A stretch of DNA of 64,000 bases from Kiritimatiellia bacterium (lineage in GTDB: Bacteria > Verrucomicrobiota > Kiritimatiellia > UBA8416 > JABMPJ01): the NCBI GenBank assembly GCA_030745755.1, contig JASLOA010000041.1, forward strand, positions 6,515 to 70,514. The letters run 5' to 3'. The notes below the pieces were generated by a model, which did not search any database, was not told where the DNA came from, and was given only the letters and a program-made list of their open reading frames with translations. The position numbers and the translations under genes are program-made. This document shows positions 56,701 through 64,000 of the stretch, one piece after another. The first letter of the stretch is position 1; the number at the start of each line of letters is the position of its first letter.

Positions 56701-57576
56701 ATGTTTGTTCTTCGAATTGAGTGTACTCGTGGCACTGCCGTTGCCGTGGAGGTGGCGCTGGATGCGCTGGGGGCGGTGGTGACGCGGTGGGATGAGGCGG
56801 ATGATGATTTGGTTCGCTTCGAGGAGTACTTTTGCGACTCGACAGCCGCCAGTGCGCGGGCAGCCCGGATGGAGGCGATACTCGAGCAGTGGTCTTCTGA
56901 CGCGCGGTGTGCCATCGGGGTATCCGAACTGCTCGACCGCGACTGGCAGGAGGCGTGGAAGGCGACGATCCATGCGGCGCGCGTGTCGGAGCGGGTGGTG
57001 GTCAAGCCGTCCTGGGAGGCGTGGGAAGCCCAGCCGGGTGACTGCGTGATCGAGATCGATCCGGGCATGAGCTTCGGGACGGGGCTTCACTTCACCACAC
57101 AGAGCTGTCTGCGCTTTATCGACCGGGTGATGCAGGCGGAGCCGGTCGACCGGTTCTGCGACCTGGGCTGTGGCTCGGGTATTCTCTCGATCGCGGCGGT
57201 CAAGCTGGGCGTTTCTGCGGTGACGGCCTTCGACATTGAGGTGGACGCGGTTCGTATTGCCGATGAGAACTGTGCGCGCAACGGGGTGGGGGCGGCGGTG
57301 ACCGCGACGGCGACTGCACTGGCCGACATCGCGCAGCTCGGTACCTTCCCGCTGGTGGCAGCCAATATCCTGGCGCACGTGTTGCGCGAGGAGATCGGGA
57401 CGATTACGGCGGCCGTTGCGCCGGGCGGTTACCTGATGCTGGCCGGGACCACAGAGAGCGATTTCCCGGAGATCAGATCCCTCTATGAGGCCCGCGGCTT
57501 CCGCCTGGTCACGGATGAGGGTGACGGTGAATGGCACAGCGGTCTCTACAGAAAGAACGAGGGCGGCCCTGTTTAG
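56701..57576 (+). CDS. prmA: ribosomal protein L11 methyltransferase
   Basis: IDPGMSFGTGLHFTTQSCL and DLGCGSGILSIAA are present. Confidence 0.85.
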   Translation: MFVLRIECTRGTAVAVEVALDALGAVVTRWDEADDDLVRFEEYFCDSTAASARAARMEAILEQWSSDARCAIGVSELLDRDWQEAWKATIHAARVSERVVVKPSWEAWEAQPGDCVIEIDPGMSFGTGLHFTTQSCLRFIDRVMQAEPVDRFCDLGCGSGILSIAAVKLGVSAVTAFDIEVDAVRIADENCARNGVGAAVTATATALADIAQLGTFPLVAANILAHVLREEIGTITAAVAPGGYLMLAGTTESDFPEIRSLYEARGFRLVTDEGDGEWHSGLYRKNEGGPV

Positions 57577-57586
57577 AGCCGCCCTC
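57559..57586. terminator. hairpin GAGGGCGGC-N10-GCCGCCCTC between convergent prmA and pckG
   Basis: 9-bp GC stem overlapping the prmA stop; candidate bidirectional terminator. Confidence 0.45.
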
Positions 57587-57612
57587 GCAGTAACCGTTAC
57601 CGGTCAGCCATT

Positions 57613-59490
57613 CTACAGATCGAACGGGCTGATGTAGTCGCCCTTCTCGGCCTGCAGGGCCTCGAGGCGCTTACGCTCGCCAGCCATCTCATCGGTCCAC
57701 GTCTGCGGTGTATCGTCGATCGTGGCGTAGATGGTGGCCATGCGGTCGTGCTTGGCCAGGAGCTCGGGGATACGAATCGTGAACTGGTCAACGTAGTCCT
57801 GTTCCGTGTAGTCCTCGCCACGCACTTCCTTGAAGAGGCGCTTGAGGTCCTCGAACTTCGGGATCCTGCCGCAGCCGGCCTCAAGGGCCTCGGCTTCGCC
57901 ATGAATACGGAGTTCCATCCACTTGATCCAGACCGACTTGTCCAGCTTGCCGTTGAGGAACTGACCGTCCTTCTTAATGAAGTAGTTGGTTCCGAACACC
58001 TGCGGACGCTTGATGTCCTTGGCGAAGTCCAGGTTGTTCTGGATGTAGCGACCCACGCTCATGGAGAGGAAGTCCATGTTGGACATCACGTTCCAGGTCC
58101 GGACACCTTCCTGGCCGATCGTGGCCGCGGTGGTTTCGGATTCGAGCGTGGCGCCCATCGTGCAGATACCGTGTTCCCAGCTATAGGCTTCACGGACAGG
58201 CACGTTCGTGTCGCTGTCACGGCCACCATAGATGATACCACCGATCGGGAGCCCTTCGGGGTTGTCCCAATCCGGATCCGCATTCTCAAGATCGCTCATC
58301 TGTACGGTGTAGCGGGCGTTCTTATGGCTGCAGGTGGAAACGCGCCCGTCGGGGCCTTCCATGCCTTCAGTCCACTGACCACAGTAGTTCTCGCCCTCGG
58401 CGGGCACCTCACCGGTCATTCCGATCCAGTAGGGCTTGCCATCCTTAACGAGCACGTTGCCGAACACAACTTCGCCGGGCTTTGTCAGCACGTCCCAGAT
58501 AACCGGGTCGTCGTCCTGGTTGACGTCGGTGATGATGCCGAAGATGCCGTTCTCGACGTTAGCCGCACGGAACTCGCCGTCGATGACCTTGAAGTAGGCG
58601 AGGTCATCACCCACGATGTTCTCGCCGGGGATCATGGCCGTGGCGGTCTTGCCACAAGCACTCGGGAAGGCGCCGGCCAGGTAGGTCTTGCGACCATTGG
58701 GGCCGTTGCTGCGCATGATGAACATATGCTCGGCCAGCCAGCCTTCGCGGTCTGCCTTGCGAATGGCCAGACGCAGGGAGAGCTTCTTGAGCCCGACGGT
58801 GTTGCCGGCATACTGCGTGTTGACGCTGAGCGTGGTGTTCTGGGTGTAGTCCATGTACACGCGGTTCAGCTCGTAGTTCTTCGAAGTCTTACGCTCGTCG
58901 ACCTCGCCCGTGGCGTGACGGTATTTGAAGAACTCGAAGTTCTCGTGGCTGGCGCTCTGGCGCTTGAACTCCTCGTAGCCGCGGCGGTAGAGCAGGTCTT
59001 CGCTGTGGCAGACGTAGGCGGAGTCGGTGATCTGCAGGCACGGAATCGCAAAGGTGGAGTTCGTGGTGCCGAGGCAGAAGAAGCGCACCAGCATCTTGCG
59101 GCCCTTGTAGGCGCCACGCTGGAGATTCTCCATCTCTGCGATACCCTCGTCGCGAGACATCTGGTTGAGCTTCTTATCGAGATCAACGCCCTCGGGGACG
59201 AGGTACTTGGTAACGTCCTTCTTGCGGGCCTGGTCGAAGTAGCCGTCCCAATGGACCGTGTGGCCTTCTGTGTTCAGCGGAATCTCTTCGTTCTGGTCGA
59301 TCGCCAACTGGCGGCAGTAGGCCACGTCCTCGTCGGAATCGTCGCCGACCCAGACGGAGTCCGGCTCGCATAGTGCGATCGCGTGCGCGATGAAGTCACA
59401 GACGTCGCTGTTATCGATAGCGGCGAGCTTCTGGAAGCTCTCGTCACTCATTTTGCTCTGCAGCAGAGCTTTGCTGTCACTCATGGTCAT
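57613..59490 (-). CDS. pckG: phosphoenolpyruvate carboxykinase (GTP)
   Basis: 625 aa with AFPSACGKT (kinase-1a), the PGENIVGDD context and the overall length of GTP-PEPCK. Confidence 0.9.
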   Translation of the reverse strand: MTMSDSKALLQSKMSDESFQKLAAIDNSDVCDFIAHAIALCEPDSVWVGDDSDEDVAYCRQLAIDQNEEIPLNTEGHTVHWDGYFDQARKKDVTKYLVPEGVDLDKKLNQMSRDEGIAEMENLQRGAYKGRKMLVRFFCLGTTNSTFAIPCLQITDSAYVCHSEDLLYRRGYEEFKRQSASHENFEFFKYRHATGEVDERKTSKNYELNRVYMDYTQNTTLSVNTQYAGNTVGLKKLSLRLAIRKADREGWLAEHMFIMRSNGPNGRKTYLAGAFPSACGKTATAMIPGENIVGDDLAYFKVIDGEFRAANVENGIFGIITDVNQDDDPVIWDVLTKPGEVVFGNVLVKDGKPYWIGMTGEVPAEGENYCGQWTEGMEGPDGRVSTCSHKNARYTVQMSDLENADPDWDNPEGLPIGGIIYGGRDSDTNVPVREAYSWEHGICTMGATLESETTAATIGQEGVRTWNVMSNMDFLSMSVGRYIQNNLDFAKDIKRPQVFGTNYFIKKDGQFLNGKLDKSVWIKWMELRIHGEAEALEAGCGRIPKFEDLKRLFKEVRGEDYTEQDYVDQFTIRIPELLAKHDRMATIYATIDDTPQTWTDEMAGERKRLEALQAEKGDYISPFDL

Positions 59491-59677
59491 GGCCCCTTAT
59501 GTATATGTTTCCCCTCACTCGACAAAAGGCGGTCGCTGTTAACAGACTAAACGCCCGCAGAAGCGCGGCATTAAGCCATATCGTGGCCCTTGTTGCAAGT
59601 CCGAAAGAAGCCCCTTTTTTGGTTTGATTGCCGAGAGCCGCAACGTATGCTGGAGTTACCAAGCAGGAAGGTGAGAC

Positions 59678-60187
59678 ATGAAACGGATAATAGCGCTGGG
59701 TGTGGGTCTGATGGTTGTGGCTTCGACTGCAATGGCGGCGCAGCCGCTGATGGTGCAGGGGGTCCGTGAAATTGGCGTCAGCGGCATGCTGGATGATAAC
59801 GGTGAACACCTTGGGCTCACGCTCAATGGCCGTTTGGGCTATTTCGCCGTGGATGGCATTGAAGCGGGCGTTCGGGGCGGGGTCGCGCTGCGAGGCAGTG
59901 GCAGCCGCAACGTTACGGTCGGCGTGTTCTCTGAGTACAACTTCGATATTGGCGGTTCGCTGGTTCCTCATGCAGGACTGGGACTTGGCCTGGGGTGGTC
60001 CGATATCGGGACGAAGCACGACAGTTATGTTCAGATTGAGGCGTGGGGTGGAGCCAAGTACTTCTTCATCGACTATGCCGCATTCGGACTGGACGCGTGT
60101 CTGCTATACGCCACCGAAGATGTCTACAACGGCTACGATGATCCGATCGACTGGATCCTGCGCCTCAACACACGCTGGTTTTTTTAG
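59678..60187 (+). CDS. small outer-membrane beta-barrel protein (OmpW/OmpA-like 8-strand type)
   Basis: MKRIIALGVGLMVVASTAMAAQP signal peptide, Gly/aromatic-rich alternating strands, and a C-terminal ...NTRWFF. Confidence 0.55.
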   Translation: MKRIIALGVGLMVVASTAMAAQPLMVQGVREIGVSGMLDDNGEHLGLTLNGRLGYFAVDGIEAGVRGGVALRGSGSRNVTVGVFSEYNFDIGGSLVPHAGLGLGLGWSDIGTKHDSYVQIEAWGGAKYFFIDYAAFGLDACLLYATEDVYNGYDDPIDWILRLNTRWFF

Positions 60188-60214
60188 CCGATCATGCGTG
60201 AGCGAGAGCTGGTA

Positions 60215-60245
60215 GGGCCCGCTGCGGAGAGCGGGCCCGGCCGAT
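60215..60245. terminator. hairpin GGGCCCGCT-GCGGAG-AGCGGGCCC between convergent OMP (+) and porin-fragment (-) genes
   Basis: Perfect 9-bp GC stem seen directly. Confidence 0.5.
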
Positions 60246-60261
60246 CCTTCTCGGACAAACG

Positions 60262-61089
60262 CTAGAACGTCAGTCCTGCCTGGACCGAGATGCGCTCCAC
60301 GTCACTGGCGCGCGGGTTGTCGGCACCATCATCGGCCTGGTAGTTGGCATACTTGGCGATGAGAGTCAGGCGATCATTGCATTTCTTGGTTGCCACGACG
60401 TCAATCTCGTCACCGTACGAGATGCTGCCTTCATCCGACTGGAAGTCGTGGTAGACGATCTTGATGGCGGGCATGAAGTCCTTCGGGCACTTCACGTTGA
60501 TGTAGGCGTAGGTGTCCTGGAGTCCGGCTGCCGGGGCGGTCAGAAAGACATCGGCCCAGCCATTGAATTTGTGGCCGGTGGCCAGGGGCGTGCGGAACTG
60601 GCTCCCGTTGTCACTGCCGAGCAGTTCATACCCCGCACCAATGCCGATGTTCTCAAGGCCTGCCGAGAGGTCGGCCATGATGTACTCGGCATCATAGTCC
60701 ACGCCGGCTGACGTGCCGTCGTTATCGCTCTGGCGAGCGTACCCAAGCTGAAGCCCGGTCTTGACGCCGCTCTCAAGGGTGTGCCCTATCTGGCCACTGA
60801 TGCCGTAGGTGTCGCTCGAGTTGGCCTCACCAACTGCGCCGGGCCCCAGGTCGAGCAGGTAGGCGTAGGCTGTGGCCGTGAAGTGATCACAGGGCGAGAA
60901 GGCAAGATTCACGAGGTGTGAGTCCGAATCATAGGTGGCAGCATTCCCCGCAGCGCCCTCGGGTTCAGAGCCGTTGGCCTGCCCAAAGATGCGGCGTACG
61001 GAATCGATGTAAGCATAGCTCAGCTTCAAGCCGGCTACTTCAGGCGCGTCGACGCGAACGGCGTCGTAGGTCTGCTCATTTCTGTGGGT
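60262..61089 (-). pseudogene. 5'-truncated porin-like outer-membrane beta-barrel gene (no signal peptide, no ATG; frame open to a stop at 61090)
   Basis: The translation ends ...RISVQAGLTF, a C-terminal Phe beta-signal. The annotated start is TTG at 61029 and the frame continues upstream (THRNEQTYDAVRVDAPEVAGLK...) until it meets the purF-fragment junction. Confidence 0.5.
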
Positions 61090-61792
61090 CTACTACGGCT
61101 ACCCGGCTTCACACTACGAGGGCATCAATGTGGAAGACTCGCGCAACCGCTGTGGAGCCGCCCTGGCCAGGAACGACAACTACGAGGTCGATATCGTGGC
61201 GGGGATTCCCGATTCCGGTACGGCCCATGCCATCGGCTATGCCATCGAGGCAGGTGTGCCGTACCGTCGGCCGTTCGTGAAATATACCCCCACGTGGCCG
61301 CGCAGTTTCATGCCCCAGGTGCAGGAGATTCGCGATCTCGTGGCACGCATGAAGCTGATCCCCATTCCTGAGCTGATCAAGGGCCAACGCCTGCTGTTCT
61401 GCGAGGATTCGATCGTACGTGGCACGCAACTGCAGGATATTGTGCAGCGCGTCTTCGACTACGGGGCCAGGGAGGTCCACATGCGGCCGGCCTGTCCGCC
61501 GCTGGTTTACGGGTGCAAGTATCTCAACTTCTCGCGTTCGCGCTCGATTCTTGATCTCGCCACGCGCAAGGCCATTCGCGAGATAGAGGGCAGTGAGAAT
61601 ACGGACAAGCCTGAGGTCTACGCGGACTGCACCACACCTGAGTATGCGGAGATGATTGAGCGGATCCGGGTCCGCCTCAGACTTTCATCGCTGCAGTTCC
61701 AGAAGCTGGATGACCTCGTGGACGCGATTGGCCTGCCCAAGAAGAAGCTCTGCACCTATTGCTGGGATGGGTGTGAAGGCTGCAAGAAGTAG
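61070..61792 (+). pseudogene. purF: amidophosphoribosyltransferase (purF) C-terminal PRTase-domain fragment lacking the N-terminal glutaminase domain
   Basis: In-frame from the stop at 61067-61069: VCSFLWVYYGYPASHYEGINVEDSRN...DIVAGIPDSGTAHAIGYA...LLFCEDSIVRGTQ...CKYLNF...CTYCWDGC matches the PurF region from the FEYVYFARPDS motif to the C-terminal Cys cluster. About 250 aa of the N-terminal Ntn domain are absent. Confidence 0.7.
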
Positions 61793-61849
61793 TTGGACCG
61801 CTTGACAGCTTCTCCCTTCGGCGTATACTGAAGGTCGGAGGCAGGCATC

Positions 61850-63856
61850 ATGGTGCGGTGGTTGGCGGACAGAATTCGCGCGTCGTTGGCAGTGCGACTT
61901 GCACTGCTAACCGGCGGGCTGCTGTCGTTAGCGGCGGCGATGACCGGCATCATCCTTTTCACCACTGGCCGTCAATTGCTTCAGGATCAGATCCGCTCAA
62001 GTCTGACGGGGATGGCATGCGCCCGCGCGGCGGAGATTGCCGGTGTCGTTGAGCAGGATTATGAGCGCACCGCGCTGATTGCATCACGTACGCGTTTGCG
62101 TGAATACCTGGTCAATGTGAACAGTGGCATTGACGTTGAAGCCAACCGGGCCCGGATGAAGCGTATTCTGACGGACGCAATCGAGTCTGTAGATGCTATT
62201 CACTATACGGAGGTGCTGGATACAGAGCACACACGCATCGTGGAGGCCGGCGAGCATGTGGGTCGCAGTGGCCCTGCTCCTGTGTCTCTTTGCCGGGCCG
62301 GCCAGGAGGACTTCATACATGGGGACTGGTACCTCCTCGAGGGTCTGTTGCACTGCGACGTGTATGGCCCGCTGGTGAACCCTCTCTCCGGGGAAGACGA
62401 GGTCATAGGCGTCATTCGCACCACCTTCAGCGTTGAGCGCATCCTCTACATTCTGGCGGACTACACGGGGCTGGGGGAGACGGGCGAGTTAGTGCTTGGG
62501 CTGCAGGAGGGTGGACGAATCGTGACGTTGGGGCCGCGCCGCCATGATACGAAGAAGGACCTCAAGCGCGACCTCCCCGAAAGGCCGGGCGAAGGTGTGG
62601 CACTGCGTCGTGCGGCAGTGGGAGCGCGCGGGTTCCTGGAAGACTACCTGGATTACCGGGGCGTCCGTACACTGGCAGCCTACATGGCTGCACCGGCGGG
62701 TAACTACTTCCTGGTGGCCAAGATTGACCGCGCAGAGGCCCTGGCTCCCGTCAACCGTTTGGCCGTGCTGGGCGGGCTGACAGGCGTGGCTATTATTCTG
62801 TTTGGACTGGTGTGTTCGGTGTGGTTTGCACGGGTCCTGGTGCGTCCGGTCCGTGCACTGGACCGCGCTACCCAGGTACTTGCCGATGGGAATTTTGCGC
62901 ATCGCGTCCCGCTGTTCGGGACCGACGAGATCGGTCGTCTTGCGCAGTCGTTCAACAACATGGTCAGACGGATCAAGGAAATCACCGCCTCGCGTGATGA
63001 ATTGAACCGCGAGATCCAAGAGCGTAAGCGTGCTGAGGAGAGACTGGAAGACAGGAATCTGTCCATGAGGGAGGATCTCGACATGGCGCGGGACATCCAG
63101 GCGGCCCTCCTCCCGCGCAAGCAGATCGCGTTTCGCAGCAGTACTGTGGGTGGGCAGAACGTCTTGAACTTCGCTCATTTCTACCGCCCCTCCCTGGCGC
63201 TGGGCGGCGACTTTTTCCAGGTGATTCCGCTTTCGGACCACTCCGCCGCCGCCATCGTGTGTGATGTCATGGGGCACGGGGTTCGCTCCGCACTGGTGAC
63301 GGCCATCTTTCGCGGGATGCTGGAGGGACGCCGCCAGGACCTGGGCGATCCTGCGCAAGTGCTGTGCCGGCTGAATCGCGGCCTGATGACGGTACTCTCC
63401 CAGCCTGAGCAGTTCACGTTGGTGTCCGCTGCGTGCCTCGTCTTTGACCTGCGCCTGGCGCGCGCAGCCTGCGCCAATGCCGGGCATCCGTCTCCCTATG
63501 TGATCAACGGTGCGACCGGTAGCGTTTCGCCGCTGGGACCGGATGGTGATGGCGTGGGACCGGCACTTGGCACGGACCCGAATCCGTTCTACGAGGTCAG
63601 CTACCACAGCATGCGCGAAGATGACCGGTTCTTGCTCTACACGGATGGGCTGTTTGAGGTATCTCCCCCGGGGCGCGATGAGTTTCTCGGGCAGGAGAGG
63701 TTCGTTGATATGATCAAGAAGCATGCGGCGGAACCGCTGCAGGAGATGATCGATGGCCTTGTGCGTGAACTGGAAACGTACCGGGGCGGGGCGGAGTTCG
63801 ATGACGATCTCTGCCTGCTGGGAGTTGAGCTGGGATCGCTCAAAGCGGAGATCTAA
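61850..63856 (+). CDS. membrane sensor with HAMP domain and a C-terminal PP2C/SpoIIE-type serine phosphatase domain (RsbU-like)
   Basis: An N-terminal TM is followed by a ~280 aa extracytoplasmic sensor (Cache-like), a second TM and HAMP (..RPVRALDRATQVLADGNFAHRVP..). The SpoIIE motifs GGDFFQVIPL...AIVCDVMGHGVRSALV...LYTDGLFE follow. Confidence 0.8.
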   Translation: MVRWLADRIRASLAVRLALLTGGLLSLAAAMTGIILFTTGRQLLQDQIRSSLTGMACARAAEIAGVVEQDYERTALIASRTRLREYLVNVNSGIDVEANRARMKRILTDAIESVDAIHYTEVLDTEHTRIVEAGEHVGRSGPAPVSLCRAGQEDFIHGDWYLLEGLLHCDVYGPLVNPLSGEDEVIGVIRTTFSVERILYILADYTGLGETGELVLGLQEGGRIVTLGPRRHDTKKDLKRDLPERPGEGVALRRAAVGARGFLEDYLDYRGVRTLAAYMAAPAGNYFLVAKIDRAEALAPVNRLAVLGGLTGVAIILFGLVCSVWFARVLVRPVRALDRATQVLADGNFAHRVPLFGTDEIGRLAQSFNNMVRRIKEITASRDELNREIQERKRAEERLEDRNLSMREDLDMARDIQAALLPRKQIAFRSSTVGGQNVLNFAHFYRPSLALGGDFFQVIPLSDHSAAAIVCDVMGHGVRSALVTAIFRGMLEGRRQDLGDPAQVLCRLNRGLMTVLSQPEQFTLVSAACLVFDLRLARAACANAGHPSPYVINGATGSVSPLGPDGDGVGPALGTDPNPFYEVSYHSMREDDRFLLYTDGLFEVSPPGRDEFLGQERFVDMIKKHAAEPLQEMIDGLVRELETYRGGAEFDDDLCLLGVELGSLKAEI

Positions 63857-64000
63857 TGGCTGAGTCATCTGTACAGGTGTGCGTAGGTGATCAAGAGGCC
63901 GTGATCAAGGCCTGCGGACGTATGACGTTCGTGGAAGCGCATCCGCTTCGCAAGTTCTGCGTGCGCATGATGAAGCAGGGCGTGAAGCGCTACATCATAA
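63856..64000 (+). CDS. STAS-domain anti-sigma-factor antagonist (RsbV/SpoIIAA-like); the 3' end lies outside the window
   Basis: MAESSVQVCVGDQEAVIKACGRMTFVEAHPLRKF. The ATG overlaps the phosphatase TAA by 1 nt. Confidence 0.65.
   Translation, partial: MAESSVQVCVGDQEAVIKACGRMTFVEAHPLRKFCVRMMKQGVKRYII

Noticed and set aside
59580-59640. GCCCCTTTTTTGG stretch as an intrinsic terminator
   Set aside because: No stable GC-rich hairpin precedes the T-run on the plus strand, and on the minus strand it is an A-run. It lies in a divergent promoter region between pckG and an OMP gene, so it is more likely promoter-associated AT-rich sequence.

Overview
This 64 kb window is high-GC (~60%+) bacterial chromosomal DNA with dense coding and many 1-4 nt start/stop overlaps. 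The gene content looks like a PVC-superphylum bacterium (Verrucomicrobia, Lentisphaerae or Kiritimatiellae-like); I infer that from a pseudopilin with a prepilin N-terminal methylation motif and a DUF2723 GT-C-like protein.

Main blocks:
- 1..11.1 kb: a minus-strand operon of cell-envelope glycan genes, running rpsU, sugar-P isomerase, gmd, an Rmd-like reductase, a UPF0104 membrane protein, citrate synthase, a GT2 polyprenol-P-sugar synthase, a UbiA-family DPPR-synthase-like prenyltransferase and a DUF2723+TPR GT-C-like protein.
- 11.4-26.9 kb: housekeeping genes (ugd, hisI, lexA, def, parA, leuCD, dtd, a PPIase) with vapBC inserted and a large SNF2+SWIM helicase.
- 27-42 kb: an LPS-core-like cluster. 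It holds a Kdo/WaaP-type kinase fused to a TIM-barrel hydrolase-like domain, an MsbA-like exporter, GH2, relBE, four glycosyltransferase-like genes, two tandem GT9 heptosyltransferases, a heptose-7-P kinase and a pseudopilin.
- 42-45.4 kb: sugar kinase, ADH and AKR genes.
- 45.6-54.1 kb: a tightly coupled 10-gene operon. It mixes a MacB/FtsX-type ABC pump, a ModABC-like oxyanion importer with a tandem-duplicated binding protein, a MoaD-like GG-ending sulfur carrier, two E1-like enzymes (one fused to rhodanese) and a half-size TauE exporter. This is my best candidate for an undescribed system.
- 54.3-64 kb: tRNA-Glu, OMPs, lipA, prmA, pckG, a porin fragment and a purF fragment truncated at the same junction, and an RsbU-like sensor phosphatase plus STAS partner.

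Non-coding features:
- One family of about 80 nt palindromic MITE/REP-like elements, with core GTCATCCCGAGCGAAGTCGAGGGATCTCC, is present in at least 9 intergenic copies.
- A second GC-rich repeat family, GGTAGGGCGAGC.GTCCC.GCGAGCCG, is present at 4 loci.
- About 200 nt between dtd and a kinase gene form a nested extended hairpin with a large central bubble, reminiscent of 6S RNA.
- A Cheo-box-like palindrome lies just upstream of lexA.
- Several convergent-gene hairpin terminators are present.

No CRISPR array, rRNA or obvious prophage or transposase was seen. All calls come from reading the supplied translations and sequence; no database search was run.
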